Source: a bacterium
GTDB taxonomy: Bacteria; Krumholzibacteriota; Krumholzibacteriia; LZORAL124-64-63
Reading direction: 5' to 3'
DNA: 64,000 nt
Assembly (NCBI GenBank): GCA_031441465.1
Contig: JANOEP010000072.1
Coordinates: forward strand, 30,385 to 94,384
In this document: piece after piece, positions 42,535 to 52,807 of the stretch
How positions within the stretch are numbered: position 1 is the first letter of the stretch
Layout: every line of letters begins with the position of its first letter
Translations under genes and position numbers: made by a program
Notes under the pieces: generated by a model
Seen by the model: only the letters and a program-made list of their open reading frames with translations
What the model was told of the DNA's origin: nothing
The model's database searches: none

Positions 42535-44028
42535 TCAGACGGCGTACAGCGCGCCGAACTTGGCGCGCAGGTAGTCGAGGTACGGGCCGGCGCCGGGTTC
42601 GCGGCCCGTCGCCGCGCGCACCAGTTCCCGCGGCGCGAGTTCGCGGCCGCGGCGGTGGATGTGCTCCCGCAGCCAGGATAGCAGCGGCAGGAAGTCGCCG
42701 CGCGCGACGTCGTCGTCCAGGCCGGGCATGGCCCGCCGCGCCGCGAGGTGCAGTTCGGCCGCGTAGAGGTTGCCCAGGGCGTAGGTCGGGAAGTAACCGA
42801 ACAGGCCGAAGGACCAGTGGATGTCCTGCAGGACGCCCTCGGCGTCGTCGGCCGGGACCACGCCCAGGTCCGCGCGCATCCGCTCGTTCCACAGCGAGGG
42901 CAGGTCGGCGACGTCGATTTCCGAACGCAGCAGCGCCCGCTCCAGCTCCATGCGCAGCACGATGTGCAGGGTGTAGGTCACCTCGTCGGCCTCGATGCGG
43001 ATCGCCGAGGGGCGCACCACGTTGACGGCGCGGTCGAGCTGCTCGGGCGCGACGCCGTCGAAGCGCCCCGGGAAGTGCCGGCGCAGCAGCGGCAGCAGGT
43101 AGCTCATGAAGGCGCGCGAGCGCCCGATCTGGTTCTCCCACAGTCGCGACTGGGACTCGTGGACGCCCAGGCTCACGGCCTCGCCCAGGGGCAGGCCGAC
43201 CTGGTCGGCGGGCAGGCCCTGCTCGTACATGCCGTGGCCCGCTTCGTGGATCGTGGAGTAGAGGGACTTCTGAAGGTCGTCGGCGTCGTAGTGGGTCGTC
43301 AGGCGCACGTCGCCCGGCGCGATCTGCGTGGAGAAGGGGTGGGCCGAGAGGTCCAGCCGCCCGCCCTCGAGGTCGAAGCCCAGGTCCTTCAGGACGTGGC
43401 GGCCCAGGGCGTCCTGGGCCGCGACCGGCAGGTTCCCGTGCAGCAGGTCTTCGCCGCGGTCGGCGGGGTCGCGGCGCGCGGCCTCGACCAGCGGCACCAG
43501 CGCGGTGCGCACCTCGGTGAAGATCCGCGCCAGGTCGGCGGCGCGGGCGCCCGGCTCGTACTCGTCCAGCAACGCGTCGTACGGTTCGTCCTGGTAGCCC
43601 AGAGCCTCGGCCTCGCGGCGCTTCAGGCCGACGATGCGCCCCAGCAGCGGCGCGAACAGCGGCCACTCGTTGCGGGAGCGCGCGTCGACCCAGGCCTGCT
43701 GCGCCAGCGTGGTGGTCTCGGCCAGTTCGGTGACCAGGTCGCGCGGCACGCGCACGGCGCGCCGGTAGTCCCGCAGGGATTCGCGCACGTTGGCCGCCGC
43801 GGCGGCGTCCAGGCCCGCGCCGCCGAGTTTCTCCAGCAGCGCGCCCAGGGCGGGGTCGGTGGCGCGGTCGTGCACCAAGCCGGCCAGCGCCGCGCGCGTC
43901 GTGGATCGCGACGCGAGGCCGCGCGGCGGCATCAGCGTCTCCTGGTCCCAGGACAGCAGCGACAGGGCCGAGTTCAGGGCCTGGATCTCCGACATGCGTT
44001 CACGGTACCGGGCATAGGCTTCGTTCAT
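42535..44028 (-). CDS. M32 carboxypeptidase (carboxypeptidase Taq)
   Basis: LSWDQET, YDALLDEYEPG, HPF, DVRLTT, HEAGHGMYEQG, HESQSRLWEN, IRIEADE, LQDIHWS, GYFPTYALG. Confidence 0.95.
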   Translation of the reverse strand: MNEAYARYRERMSEIQALNSALSLLSWDQETLMPPRGLASRSTTRAALAGLVHDRATDPALGALLEKLGGAGLDAAAAANVRESLRDYRRAVRVPRDLVTELAETTTLAQQAWVDARSRNEWPLFAPLLGRIVGLKRREAEALGYQDEPYDALLDEYEPGARAADLARIFTEVRTALVPLVEAARRDPADRGEDLLHGNLPVAAQDALGRHVLKDLGFDLEGGRLDLSAHPFSTQIAPGDVRLTTHYDADDLQKSLYSTIHEAGHGMYEQGLPADQVGLPLGEAVSLGVHESQSRLWENQIGRSRAFMSYLLPLLRRHFPGRFDGVAPEQLDRAVNVVRPSAIRIEADEVTYTLHIVLRMELERALLRSEIDVADLPSLWNERMRADLGVVPADDAEGVLQDIHWSFGLFGYFPTYALGNLYAAELHLAARRAMPGLDDDVARGDFLPLLSWLREHIHRRGRELAPRELVRAATGREPGAGPYLDYLRAKFGALYAV

Positions 44029-44059
44029 GGTCGCTCCCGTAGTCGTGGCGTGGACGCCG

Positions 44060-45748
44060 TCAAACCTTGCGGCTGCGTTCCAGGGTGTCGGTGAGCGTGG
44101 TGATGATCTCCGCCCGCTCGCCCTCGTCCAGGTGCAGCATGTCGCGCAGCGCGTCGCCGATGTGGGGGATGTACTTCTGGATATAGCCCTGCTTCTTCAG
44201 CGCCTCGCGCTCGCGCACGCGGCGGCGGATGTGGATCTGCAGCTGCCGGCCGGCCTCCTGGAGCGCCAGCTTGATCTCCTTGACGATCTCCGGGTAGTGG
44301 GCCACCGCCTCCTTGCTCTCCGAGGTGAACGGCACCCAGACCGACGCCATGTGCACGAAGATCACCAGCGGACCCGACGGCAGCGCGCCCCGGGACTGCT
44401 GCAGGCCGTAGCTGCGCCAGTTGTTGGTCAGCACGGCCTTGTGGATGGCGCAGGCCGAAGCCTGGTAGAGCAGGGGCACGCGGTTGGCGAAGCGCAGCAC
44501 CTGGGCCAGGTCGTCGGCGGGCAGGCCGCCGCCGTAGGCCAGGCCCACCTCCACCTGGAAGGGGTTGCCGCGGTAGACCGACGGCGGGCGGGTGACGGCC
44601 GTGGTGAACTCGGCCTCGAGGCGCTGGCGCAGCCCGGCCAGGATCAGCGGTTCGCCGATGGGCGAGAGGCAGTCGGTCGGAGGGCTGGGGATCTTCGTGG
44701 CGGCGATGGCGTCCATCAGCCGTTGGACCTCGTCCTGGTCGGTGTGGCGCGGCGATTTGGTCGGCGCCAGGCCGGCGGTCTCGAGGATCTGATCGGCGGT
44801 CTTGGGGCCGACCCGGCAGAACTCGTGGCGCAGGAAGCCCGTCAGGTTGCGCTGCTTGGTCTCCTTGAGCATCCGCAGCAGCATGCCCAGCTCCACGCCG
44901 TAGGGGTGGGGCTGGATCTCGTGGGCCTCGACGGGCAGCTCGGCGGCGGCCCGCGGGTAGATCATCTCGTCGCCGCGCGGCGAGCGGTAGATCAGCCGCA
45001 CGTGCGGGTTCGCGACGGCGGTCTGCTGGAGGTAGACGTCGACCGAGTGCTGGCCGCGCTTGTAGGAGCCGGTCAGCTCGATCTCGACGCGGGTGCCGTG
45101 GGGGCGATCCCAGTCGCACTCCTCGTCCTTCTGGACGACCGGCTCGTTCTTCTTCATGTCCAGCAACAGCTCGAAGCGGTGGCCGCGGTCCTGCTGGGCG
45201 GTGCGGCTGACGATCACCACCGGCTTGCCGGTCGTGAGCTGCCCGTACATGCCGGCGGCCGAGATGCCGATGCCCTGCTGGCCGCGACTCTGGCGCAGGC
45301 TGTGGAACTTCGACCCGTACAACAACTTGCCGAAGATGCGCGGCACCTGCTGGCGCACGATGCCCGGGCCGTTGTCCTCCACGACGACCCGGTAGCGCTC
45401 CTCCTTGACCGGGGCGACGGCGCCCTTGCGGCGCGACGGCTTCTCCGGTTCGGCTTCCAGTTCCAGAACCGTCTCGAACTCGGCGCCGTTGCGTTTGCCG
45501 TTGCCCACCGGCTGGATCTCGACCAGCACTTCGGGCAGGATGCCGGCCTCCTCGCAGGCGTCCAGGGAGTTGTCGACGGCCTCCTTGATGGTCGTCATCA
45601 GCGCCTTGGCGGGCGAATCGAACCCCAGCAGGTGGCGGTTCTTGGTGAAGAACTCGCTGATGGAGATCTCGCGCTGCTTCTCGGCCATGCTCTGGGCGGT
45701 GGCGGCGACCCGGGGTGGTCGCCGGGAGGGTTTCGCGGCAGCGGGCAT
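44060..45748 (-). CDS. top6B: DNA topoisomerase VI subunit B (GHKL ATPase)
   Basis: [80 protein letters not shown]. Confidence 0.95.
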   Translation of the reverse strand: MPAAAKPSRRPPRVAATAQSMAEKQREISISEFFTKNRHLLGFDSPAKALMTTIKEAVDNSLDACEEAGILPEVLVEIQPVGNGKRNGAEFETVLELEAEPEKPSRRKGAVAPVKEERYRVVVEDNGPGIVRQQVPRIFGKLLYGSKFHSLRQSRGQQGIGISAAGMYGQLTTGKPVVIVSRTAQQDRGHRFELLLDMKKNEPVVQKDEECDWDRPHGTRVEIELTGSYKRGQHSVDVYLQQTAVANPHVRLIYRSPRGDEMIYPRAAAELPVEAHEIQPHPYGVELGMLLRMLKETKQRNLTGFLRHEFCRVGPKTADQILETAGLAPTKSPRHTDQDEVQRLMDAIAATKIPSPPTDCLSPIGEPLILAGLRQRLEAEFTTAVTRPPSVYRGNPFQVEVGLAYGGGLPADDLAQVLRFANRVPLLYQASACAIHKAVLTNNWRSYGLQQSRGALPSGPLVIFVHMASVWVPFTSESKEAVAHYPEIVKEIKLALQEAGRQLQIHIRRRVREREALKKQGYIQKYIPHIGDALRDMLHLDEGERAEIITTLTDTLERSRKV

Positions 45749-45863
45749 GGGGATCCTTCCTGGTCTCCCAAGGGGGCGGTCCGTCGGATCCGCTAAGACT
45801 ATAGGCAGCCGTCCGGGAGATCAAGAATGCAAACGGGCGACGAGCGCCGGCGGGGCGCAACGC

Positions 45864-46853
45864 CTAACGGTAGAAGGACTTGATGGTGCCCCAGGCCGTC
45901 GTCTCGTTGGGGACGATCCCGTCCGTGCAGACCGACTGCAGGAAATAGAACCCGTCGAATTCGCCCGACGGGGGCTGGGCGGCGTCCACGGCCAGGTAGT
46001 AGGTGTGGCGAGCGCCGGTGAGGTTGCGGTAGACGAGGACTTCCGACGTTCCGGAGACGCCGTCGTCGGCGAAGGCGACGCAGTCGGCCGTCGCTTCGCA
46101 GCCGTCGAAGAGCCACAGCGCGGCGTCGAAGGACTGCTCCTGCAGCGTGAGCGTCGCCCGGGCGCTGTCGGCCAGGCTCACCGCGTACCAACGTTCGCCG
46201 CCCGCCTCGAGGTACTCCGCGCAGGTATTCGTGAAGAGCTGGTTGGGCAGGCCGTAGAGGCTGCCCTCTGCGGTGGCGGCCTCCGTCCGGCAGAGCAGGG
46301 GCGTGGCGGTCGCGCAGACCTCCGGCGGCACCCCCGAGGCGAAGGCCCGCACCGTCAGGCTCCAGGGGCCGGCGGCGCCCAGGTAACCATCGATCACCAC
46401 GACCCAGGGGTCGAGCCGGCCTTCGACCTCGACCTCGAACTCGCGGGTGTGGTGGGCCACGCACAGGTCGCTGTCGCAGCCCGAGAGCAGGAAGAGGTCC
46501 AGGTCGACGGTGGATTCCAGGATCAGGTGCAGCGTGACCGGGGAAGGGACGTCCAACAGCAGCACCGACTCGGGGCCGCTCTCGTTCCAGCCGACGCAGC
46601 CGTAGCCGTCGACGACCGAGGCGCCGGCTGTGGTGTCGCCGGTGATCACGGTGTCCAGGCCCGGGGCGACGGTCAGGACGGGGGCGCTGGCGCAGCCGGG
46701 GTCGCCGGCGCGCAGGGTGGAGGAGGGGGGGAGGTCGGGGCGGTCGGTGGTCTTGGGGACGCGGAAGGAGGGGGGGGCGGCCGCAGCGGCCGTCACCAGG
46801 CACAAGGCCAAGGCGGCGCAGAACTTGCTTGCTCTCATCGTGGCAGTCGACAC
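45864..46853 (-). CDS. secreted protein with two tandem Cys-containing PPC-like domains, ending in AWGTIKSFYR
   Basis: signal peptide; two repeats C-A-x-A...G-x-E...DxxLxLxxxC...C-V-A...VD; C-terminal motif; GTG start with GGAGG RBS. Confidence 0.7.
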   Translation of the reverse strand: MSTATMRASKFCAALALCLVTAAAAAPPSFRVPKTTDRPDLPPSSTLRAGDPGCASAPVLTVAPGLDTVITGDTTAGASVVDGYGCVGWNESGPESVLLLDVPSPVTLHLILESTVDLDLFLLSGCDSDLCVAHHTREFEVEVEGRLDPWVVVIDGYLGAAGPWSLTVRAFASGVPPEVCATATPLLCRTEAATAEGSLYGLPNQLFTNTCAEYLEAGGERWYAVSLADSARATLTLQEQSFDAALWLFDGCEATADCVAFADDGVSGTSEVLVYRNLTGARHTYYLAVDAAQPPSGEFDGFYFLQSVCTDGIVPNETTAWGTIKSFYR

Positions 46854-46999
46854 GGGTCGCCTCCGGTTCGGGTGACCGTTGGAACCCCTTGAAATTGGCG
46901 GGGTTCCGTGAAATCACATTTAGCGCTTGTCCGGTTGATCGGGTACACTACTTTCCCGTTTCCGGCCGCCGCCCACACCAGACACGGATACCGTACCAC

Positions 47000-48325
47000 A
47001 TGCTGAACCGCTCGCTCTACCTCATGTCGTCCAAGCTGCTGGGTTACGGCGTGCGGTTGATCCTGCCGTATTTCCTGGTGCGCCTGCTGACCGTGGCGGA
47101 TTTCGGCGCCTACCGGCAGTTCTTCCTGCTCGAGGTCTACATCGCGTCGCTCTTCCAGCTCGGGCTCAACCAGGCGCTGTACTATTTCATCCCGCGGGAC
47201 CTTCGTAACGCCGGAGCGTATTTTCTCAATAGCGTGCTGATGAACGTGGTCGTCTTCTCGGTGGCATTCGCGGTGATCGCTTCGTTCGTGACACCGTTGA
47301 GCGGCTGGTTGAACATGGCGATCCTGAAGGAAGCTTTCTGGTTGCTGGCCGTCTATACCGTGTTGCTGATGCTGGTTTCGGCCTGCGACTGCTACTTGAC
47401 TGCCCGACAGATGGTCAAGGCTTCGGCGGCGTTTGAAATCTTCGGGCAGGTAGTCGTCAGTGCGGCCACAGTGGCTGCAGCCTATGCCACGCGCAGGCTG
47501 GACTCGGTGCTCCTTGGTTTGGTCGCTGCCAGGGCCCTCCACCTGATCGTCATGCTTGCGTACATTCACCTCAAGTTGCACGGGTTCAAGGCGGATCGAT
47601 ATTTTTTCGGTATTACTGAGCAGATTCGCTACGGAGTGGTGCTGGGTGTGGCCGGCATGCTGTGGACGCTGATGATGCGGATGCATGAGTTCTTCGTCAG
47701 CCGTTACTATGGGACCGAGACCTACGCTCTTTACTCGGTCGGCTGTACGGAAATTCCCATCATCCAGATCTTCACGCAGTCGCTGGCCGTGGTGGTTCTC
47801 GGCCAGTTCGCGATGCTCGATCAACAACGGGATTGGGATGGTATCCGTGCGCTATGGAAACGCGTGCTGACGAGTACCTACGCCGTGACGATCCCCGCCA
47901 CGCTTATATTCGTCCTGTTGGCGAAGCCACTGATTGTCTTCATGTTCACCGATAGTTATGCAGCCGCGGTCCCGATCTTCCAGATCAACACGCTGCTCAA
48001 GCTACACTTCATCTTCAATGCGTCCCTGGTGCTGCGGGCCATGAACCGAAACGACGTTTCTATTTGGGTCAACATCGCCACGCTGGTAATCACGCCTGTA
48101 CTGCTTTATGCGGGCATGAAATTGGGCGGTCTGGTCGGGATCATCTCCGCGCAGGCGGTGCTGATGATCGGCAGCCGGATCGCGACCACGATCATGATGA
48201 ATCGACTCACGAGCGTCTACCTGCCCTATACCGTGAGGGTTCGGGATCTGATTGAGTTTTACAGGGATACTTGGGCCAAAGGTCGTAACACGATCGCGAC
48301 ACGCATGCGTCGCGACCCTGCTTGA
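47000..48325 (+). CDS. Wzx-type oligosaccharide flippase
   Basis: LVRLLTVADFGAY, LGLNQALYYFIP, about 12 TM, LYSVG, FTDSYAAAVPIF. Confidence 0.85.
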   Translation: MLNRSLYLMSSKLLGYGVRLILPYFLVRLLTVADFGAYRQFFLLEVYIASLFQLGLNQALYYFIPRDLRNAGAYFLNSVLMNVVVFSVAFAVIASFVTPLSGWLNMAILKEAFWLLAVYTVLLMLVSACDCYLTARQMVKASAAFEIFGQVVVSAATVAAAYATRRLDSVLLGLVAARALHLIVMLAYIHLKLHGFKADRYFFGITEQIRYGVVLGVAGMLWTLMMRMHEFFVSRYYGTETYALYSVGCTEIPIIQIFTQSLAVVVLGQFAMLDQQRDWDGIRALWKRVLTSTYAVTIPATLIFVLLAKPLIVFMFTDSYAAAVPIFQINTLLKLHFIFNASLVLRAMNRNDVSIWVNIATLVITPVLLYAGMKLGGLVGIISAQAVLMIGSRIATTIMMNRLTSVYLPYTVRVRDLIEFYRDTWAKGRNTIATRMRRDPA

Positions 48326-48348
48326 GCCGACGGAGGAGAGCTGCGGTG

Positions 48349-49509
48349 ATGTCGAACGTCGGTCCTGGACAACCATGCCACGTGGCTCATGTCATCGGAG
48401 CTTTGCGGACGGGTGGCGCCGAACGGCAACTGGTAAACTACCTTCTAGCTGCCGACCGGACCGAGTTCCGCCATACGGTGGTGTGCCTCGAAGCGAGGGG
48501 CGAACTCGCGGCAACAGTTGAAGCAATTGGCATCCCGGTTATTCGTATGCCGATCCGTATGCGGAGCTCCCTTGGCAGTCTCTTGCGCTTCGCGCGCTGG
48601 CTGAAAGCCGAAAATGTGATCGTTCTCCACGCGCACATGCACGACTCCGCCCTATGGGGACGCGTGGCCGGCCGGCTGGCGGGCGTCCCCGTCCTGATGA
48701 CCACTGAACACGGCAAGGAACTCTGGAAGGGGCCACTTCGCGTCGCGATCGATCACCATCTGAGCCGCTGTACGGCCCGGCACATCGCGGTCTCCCGCGA
48801 CGGCATGGAAATCCGGATCCGGCGGGAACGCCTCGATCCGGGCAAGCTGATTCTGATCCCCAATGGCGTGCCCATTCCGGTCGCGTTCGATAATGACGCA
48901 GGACGGCGGCGCATCCGTGCTGAGTTCGGGTTGGCTCCTGGCACACCGGTACTGGGCACGGTCGGCCGAGTCGTCGCAGCCAAGGGCTACGAATACCTGC
49001 TGACCGCGGTGGGTCTGCTTCGGGAATCGTACCCGCAATTGCGGTGGCTCGCGGTCGGCGATGGCGACTGCCGCTCCGCCTTGACGGCGCGAGCCGCCGC
49101 TGCAGGGCTGGACGACGCCGTGATCTGGGCGTGTCGACGCAACGACGTGACCGACCTGCTCGCGGCCATGGACATCTGGGTCATGAGCAGCGTGCGCGAG
49201 GGGTTGCCGGTGGCTCTTTTGGAGGCGATGGCTGCGGGACGCCCCATTGTCGCCACGCAAGTCGGGGGCATTCCCGACGCCGTCCGTGACGGAAGAGAGG
49301 GACTGCTGGTGCCGCCGGCTGACCCGTCGGCGTTGGCAGCCGCGATTTCGGCGTTGCTCGCGGATCCTATACGTACCGCCGAGCTGGCCGCGGCGGCGCG
49401 CCGGCGAGCGGCCACCGACTATGGCATCGACTCAGTGGCGAGCCGAATCGAAGATGTCTACCGAGAGGAACTCGCCGCGGCACGGCAGAAAGGCCGGATC
49501 CGGTCATGA
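48349..49509 (+). CDS. GT4 glycosyltransferase
   Basis: GGAERQL, LHAH, IPNGV, VGRVVAAKGY, SVREGLPVALLEAMAAG. Confidence 0.92.
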   Translation: MSNVGPGQPCHVAHVIGALRTGGAERQLVNYLLAADRTEFRHTVVCLEARGELAATVEAIGIPVIRMPIRMRSSLGSLLRFARWLKAENVIVLHAHMHDSALWGRVAGRLAGVPVLMTTEHGKELWKGPLRVAIDHHLSRCTARHIAVSRDGMEIRIRRERLDPGKLILIPNGVPIPVAFDNDAGRRRIRAEFGLAPGTPVLGTVGRVVAAKGYEYLLTAVGLLRESYPQLRWLAVGDGDCRSALTARAAAAGLDDAVIWACRRNDVTDLLAAMDIWVMSSVREGLPVALLEAMAAGRPIVATQVGGIPDAVRDGREGLLVPPADPSALAAAISALLADPIRTAELAAAARRRAATDYGIDSVASRIEDVYREELAAARQKGRIRS

Positions 49510-50684
49510 ACGAGCCCAGACTGCCCGTAGTCATGTACCACTCTGTTGGCAAGCCCGATCCCGGTTGGGTCTGGGGAGAACTGATCTGTCCTCTGGCGCT
49601 GTTCACGCGACAGATCGAACGGTTCATCGCGGTCGGCTACCGGCCCGCCACACTCGACGAGGTCCACGACGAGCAGGCGGCGGGCTCGATGTCACGTGAG
49701 CGCCGGGTCGTGCTCAGTTTCGACGACGGCTATCTCGACAACTGGGTGTATGTCTACCCGCTCCTGAAGCGGGCGGGTTGGCGGGGTGTCGTCTACGTGA
49801 ATCCGGAATTCGTCGATCCCGGTGAGCAGCCACGGCCGACCCTGGAAGATGTCTGGGAGGGCCGTTGTGCGGAGTCGGATCTGCAGACCAGGGGATTCCT
49901 GAACTGGGCCGAGCTGGAGATCCTAGATCGCAGTGGCGTACTCGAAGTGGGGAGCCACTCGATGTCCCACACCTGGTATCCGACGGGTCCCGAGATTGTG
50001 GACTTCCACCGGCCGGGACTGATGACGCCCTGGTTGTCCTGGAACGCACGGCCGGAGCGCAAGCCCTTCTACCTCGGAGAGGACCAGACCGGCTTCGTCC
50101 CCTGGGGAATGCCGGTGTTCCGCAACGGCCGGTCTCTGGGCATACGCCGATTCCTGCCGGATCCAGCGGTGGGAACGGCCGTGGTTGAACATGTTGCCGC
50201 GCACGGCGGTGGTTCCTTCTTCCTTGCCGACGGATGGAGCAATGAACTTCGTACTGTGGCGCGCGAGGTCGATCGTGGAAAGGGACGCCACGAGTCCGAC
50301 CAGGAGATGCTCGACAGGTTTGCGTTTGAAATCGGGGAAGCCTCGCGCATCATTGCGGCGCGATTGGGCAGGGAGGTGCGACACTTCTGTTGGCCCGGCG
50401 GCGCCTACTGTGACGAATCGTGGGAACTGGCCGCTCGCGCGGGTTTCCATACACTCACGGTCAAGCGGAGCGATCACAGGCGTTGGCAAGAGGCAGATCC
50501 CCGCTTCGTCCGGCGAATCTCGGATCACAAACAGTATTCTCTACTCGGTCGCTTGTACCGTACTGACAACGCAAAATTGCTGGTGACGGCGAGTGACGCC
50601 CAGCTTGGCAGGACCGGGGCTCGCACACAGATGCGTTTGTGCAAACTCTTCGATGCCATGGGCCAAAAGCCGGTGGTCAGATGA
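49506..50684 (+). CDS. polysaccharide deacetylase (NodB/CE4-like) with an insertion
   Basis: VMYHSV, LSFDDGYLDN, GSHSMSH, FCWPGG. Confidence 0.85.
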   Translation: MNEPRLPVVMYHSVGKPDPGWVWGELICPLALFTRQIERFIAVGYRPATLDEVHDEQAAGSMSRERRVVLSFDDGYLDNWVYVYPLLKRAGWRGVVYVNPEFVDPGEQPRPTLEDVWEGRCAESDLQTRGFLNWAELEILDRSGVLEVGSHSMSHTWYPTGPEIVDFHRPGLMTPWLSWNARPERKPFYLGEDQTGFVPWGMPVFRNGRSLGIRRFLPDPAVGTAVVEHVAAHGGGSFFLADGWSNELRTVAREVDRGKGRHESDQEMLDRFAFEIGEASRIIAARLGREVRHFCWPGGAYCDESWELAARAGFHTLTVKRSDHRRWQEADPRFVRRISDHKQYSLLGRLYRTDNAKLLVTASDAQLGRTGARTQMRLCKLFDAMGQKPVVR

Positions 50685-50694
50685 CGGACAACGC

Positions 50695-51666
50695 TCAGGT
50701 GCGGCGCCTTCGTGCAGCCTCGAACACGCCGATCGTGAGGTGGGCCGTGTTCTCCAGGCTGACCTCCATGACCTTGTCGCGGCCGTTCGTGGGTCGGTCA
50801 TAGGCCAGAGCAGCCTCGAGCTTGGCCGCCACGTCCTTGGCGGTGCGTGCGCAGAGAAAGCATCCCGCGACCCCCGCGATTCTCTCGGCCACGTCGCCGA
50901 CATCCACCGAGACGATGGGCAGGTTGCTGGCCAGGGCCTCCTTGATCACGCAAGGCGAAGCCTCGTGGTCTGAGGTCAGGACCAGGACGTTTCCCGCGCT
51001 CATGTACAGCGGAACTCGGTCGTGAGGAATATTGAAGACCGGCAGCAGTTCCACCGCGGGATCACTTGTGGCAACGATTGCGACTGCTGCCTTGGCGATG
51101 TCGTGCCGCTTGCAGCGGTTGTCCGGGTTGGCGACGAACAGGACGTACTTGCGTTCCGGATCCAGGCCCAACGTCCTGCGTGCTTCCGGGCGCGGTTGCG
51201 GTCGAAACAGGCCCATATCCACGCCCATGGGGATCAGCGTGGCCCGCCACAGCCGGTTTCTCAGGATCTCGGCGACGATGATGCGTTCATTCACGACGAA
51301 ACCGAGCAACTTGCTGAGTAGGACCTTGAGCCGTCCGCCGAAGGTGTACCGCCCGTCCGGCCCTACCTCCCCGAGGAGGTCGCTGCCGTGGTATGTCAGG
51401 ATGATCGGGCAACTGAACTGCATGCGGGCGGGGAGGCCGGCCAGGCCGTAGTGGGCGTGGACAAGGTCGATGTCGCCGATCTTCAGCCGTTTCCGCAGTG
51501 CGAAGCCGACGCGCAGGTAGTTCCTGAAGGAACGCGCGCCGTCGAACGCCAGGACCTCCACGTCGATCCCCGCTCGGATGAGCGAATCCACCTGCTCACG
51601 GACGAACGTGCCCGCCGCGGGTTTTTCTGGTGTCGGGTACATGGCAGTCAGCACCAAGACGCGCAT
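50695..51666 (-). CDS. GT4 glycosyltransferase (TuaC-like)
   Basis: MYP...GTFVREQV, VHAHYG, TYHGSD, SDHEASPCVIKEAL. Confidence 0.9.
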   Translation of the reverse strand: MRVLVLTAMYPTPEKPAAGTFVREQVDSLIRAGIDVEVLAFDGARSFRNYLRVGFALRKRLKIGDIDLVHAHYGLAGLPARMQFSCPIILTYHGSDLLGEVGPDGRYTFGGRLKVLLSKLLGFVVNERIIVAEILRNRLWRATLIPMGVDMGLFRPQPRPEARRTLGLDPERKYVLFVANPDNRCKRHDIAKAAVAIVATSDPAVELLPVFNIPHDRVPLYMSAGNVLVLTSDHEASPCVIKEALASNLPIVSVDVGDVAERIAGVAGCFLCARTAKDVAAKLEAALAYDRPTNGRDKVMEVSLENTAHLTIGVFEAARRRRT

Positions 51667-51676
51667 GCGGGCCCCT

Positions 51677-52807
51677 TCAGGTCGCGTTGCAGCCGGCGCT
51701 GCAGCCGTCGGGCTGGGCGGTGATGCCCGTGACTTCAGATAGGACGGCGTCCCACGACGACAACACCGAATCCAGCGAGAAACGATCGGCGACCCCGAGG
51801 GCGGCTTGAGCCAATCTCACTCGGAGTTCTTCGGATGTGATCAGGCGTTCCAGAGCCGCCGCCATCGCTCGTGGATCCTCGGGCGGGATCAGGAGGCCGT
51901 CGACTTCCGGAGTGATGATATTCACGGGTCCGCTGGGGCAGTCCGTAGATATGACCGGGAGGCCGGCGGCCATCGCCTCGCAGAGCGCGTTGGGGAAGCC
52001 CTCGCTGCGCGACGACATCAAGAAAATCTGAGCCTGTGCCAGCCAAGGTTGGGGGTCCGATATCTGCCCCGGAAGCAGAATCCGGTCACCGAGTCCGAGT
52101 TCATCACGCAACTTCTCTAGATTCTTCCTCTCCTGACCTTCGCCTAGGATCACCAGGCGCCATGCAGCACAAGTGATGGGCAGATAGGCCATGGCCCGCA
52201 GCGCGAGGTCGAACCCTTTCATATGATACAAGCGCCCCAAGGAGACGATCGTCGGTCGGTCGGGATCAGGAATGACGACTTGTTCATCCAGGTTGCGGGC
52301 TGGTTTCAGCACCGGATTGTTGATGACCCGCACCTTTCCGGGGGCCAGATGCTGGAACAAGTCGGCAGCCGTGGCAGTTTGGGCGACTAAGCATGCAGCC
52401 TGGCGGTAGGTGATCAGCCGCAGGAATGACCAGATAGGTCCGATTTTGATGATCCTGGGATCCGCACGTTCAGATACGATGACTGGGCAATCGAGATTTC
52501 GGCAGGCCGCGAGCGTTAGGATGTTGGTGTAGTTGAGAAAGCTGATGACCACATCGGGCTCGAACTCCCGGATCGCCCTGCGCAAGGAGCGGACGACCGC
52601 CGGTTGCTTGAGCGGTCCCTTGACCCGGGGATCTACGGATCTGCGGCGGACGCGTGCCGAGAGCTGATAATGGGGTTCGCGGCCGGCGTCGTGGGTCGTG
52701 AGCAGTTCAATCTCATGGCCTCGTTCGGCCCAGGCGTTCGCGAGCGTGCTCATCACGCGCTCCGCGCCGCCCGCGTTGAGCGAGGAGATCACCAGGCTCA
52801 ACCGCAT
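51677..52807 (-). CDS. GT4 glycosyltransferase (PglH/AmsD-like)
   Basis: SLNAGGAERV, VSER, INNPV, GRL..KGFD, SRSEGFPNALCEAM, DCPSGP. Confidence 0.92.
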   Translation of the reverse strand: MRLSLVISSLNAGGAERVMSTLANAWAERGHEIELLTTHDAGREPHYQLSARVRRRSVDPRVKGPLKQPAVVRSLRRAIREFEPDVVISFLNYTNILTLAACRNLDCPVIVSERADPRIIKIGPIWSFLRLITYRQAACLVAQTATAADLFQHLAPGKVRVINNPVLKPARNLDEQVVIPDPDRPTIVSLGRLYHMKGFDLALRAMAYLPITCAAWRLVILGEGQERKNLEKLRDELGLGDRILLPGQISDPQPWLAQAQIFLMSSRSEGFPNALCEAMAAGLPVISTDCPSGPVNIITPEVDGLLIPPEDPRAMAAALERLITSEELRVRLAQAALGVADRFSLDSVLSSWDAVLSEVTGITAQPDGCSAGCNAT

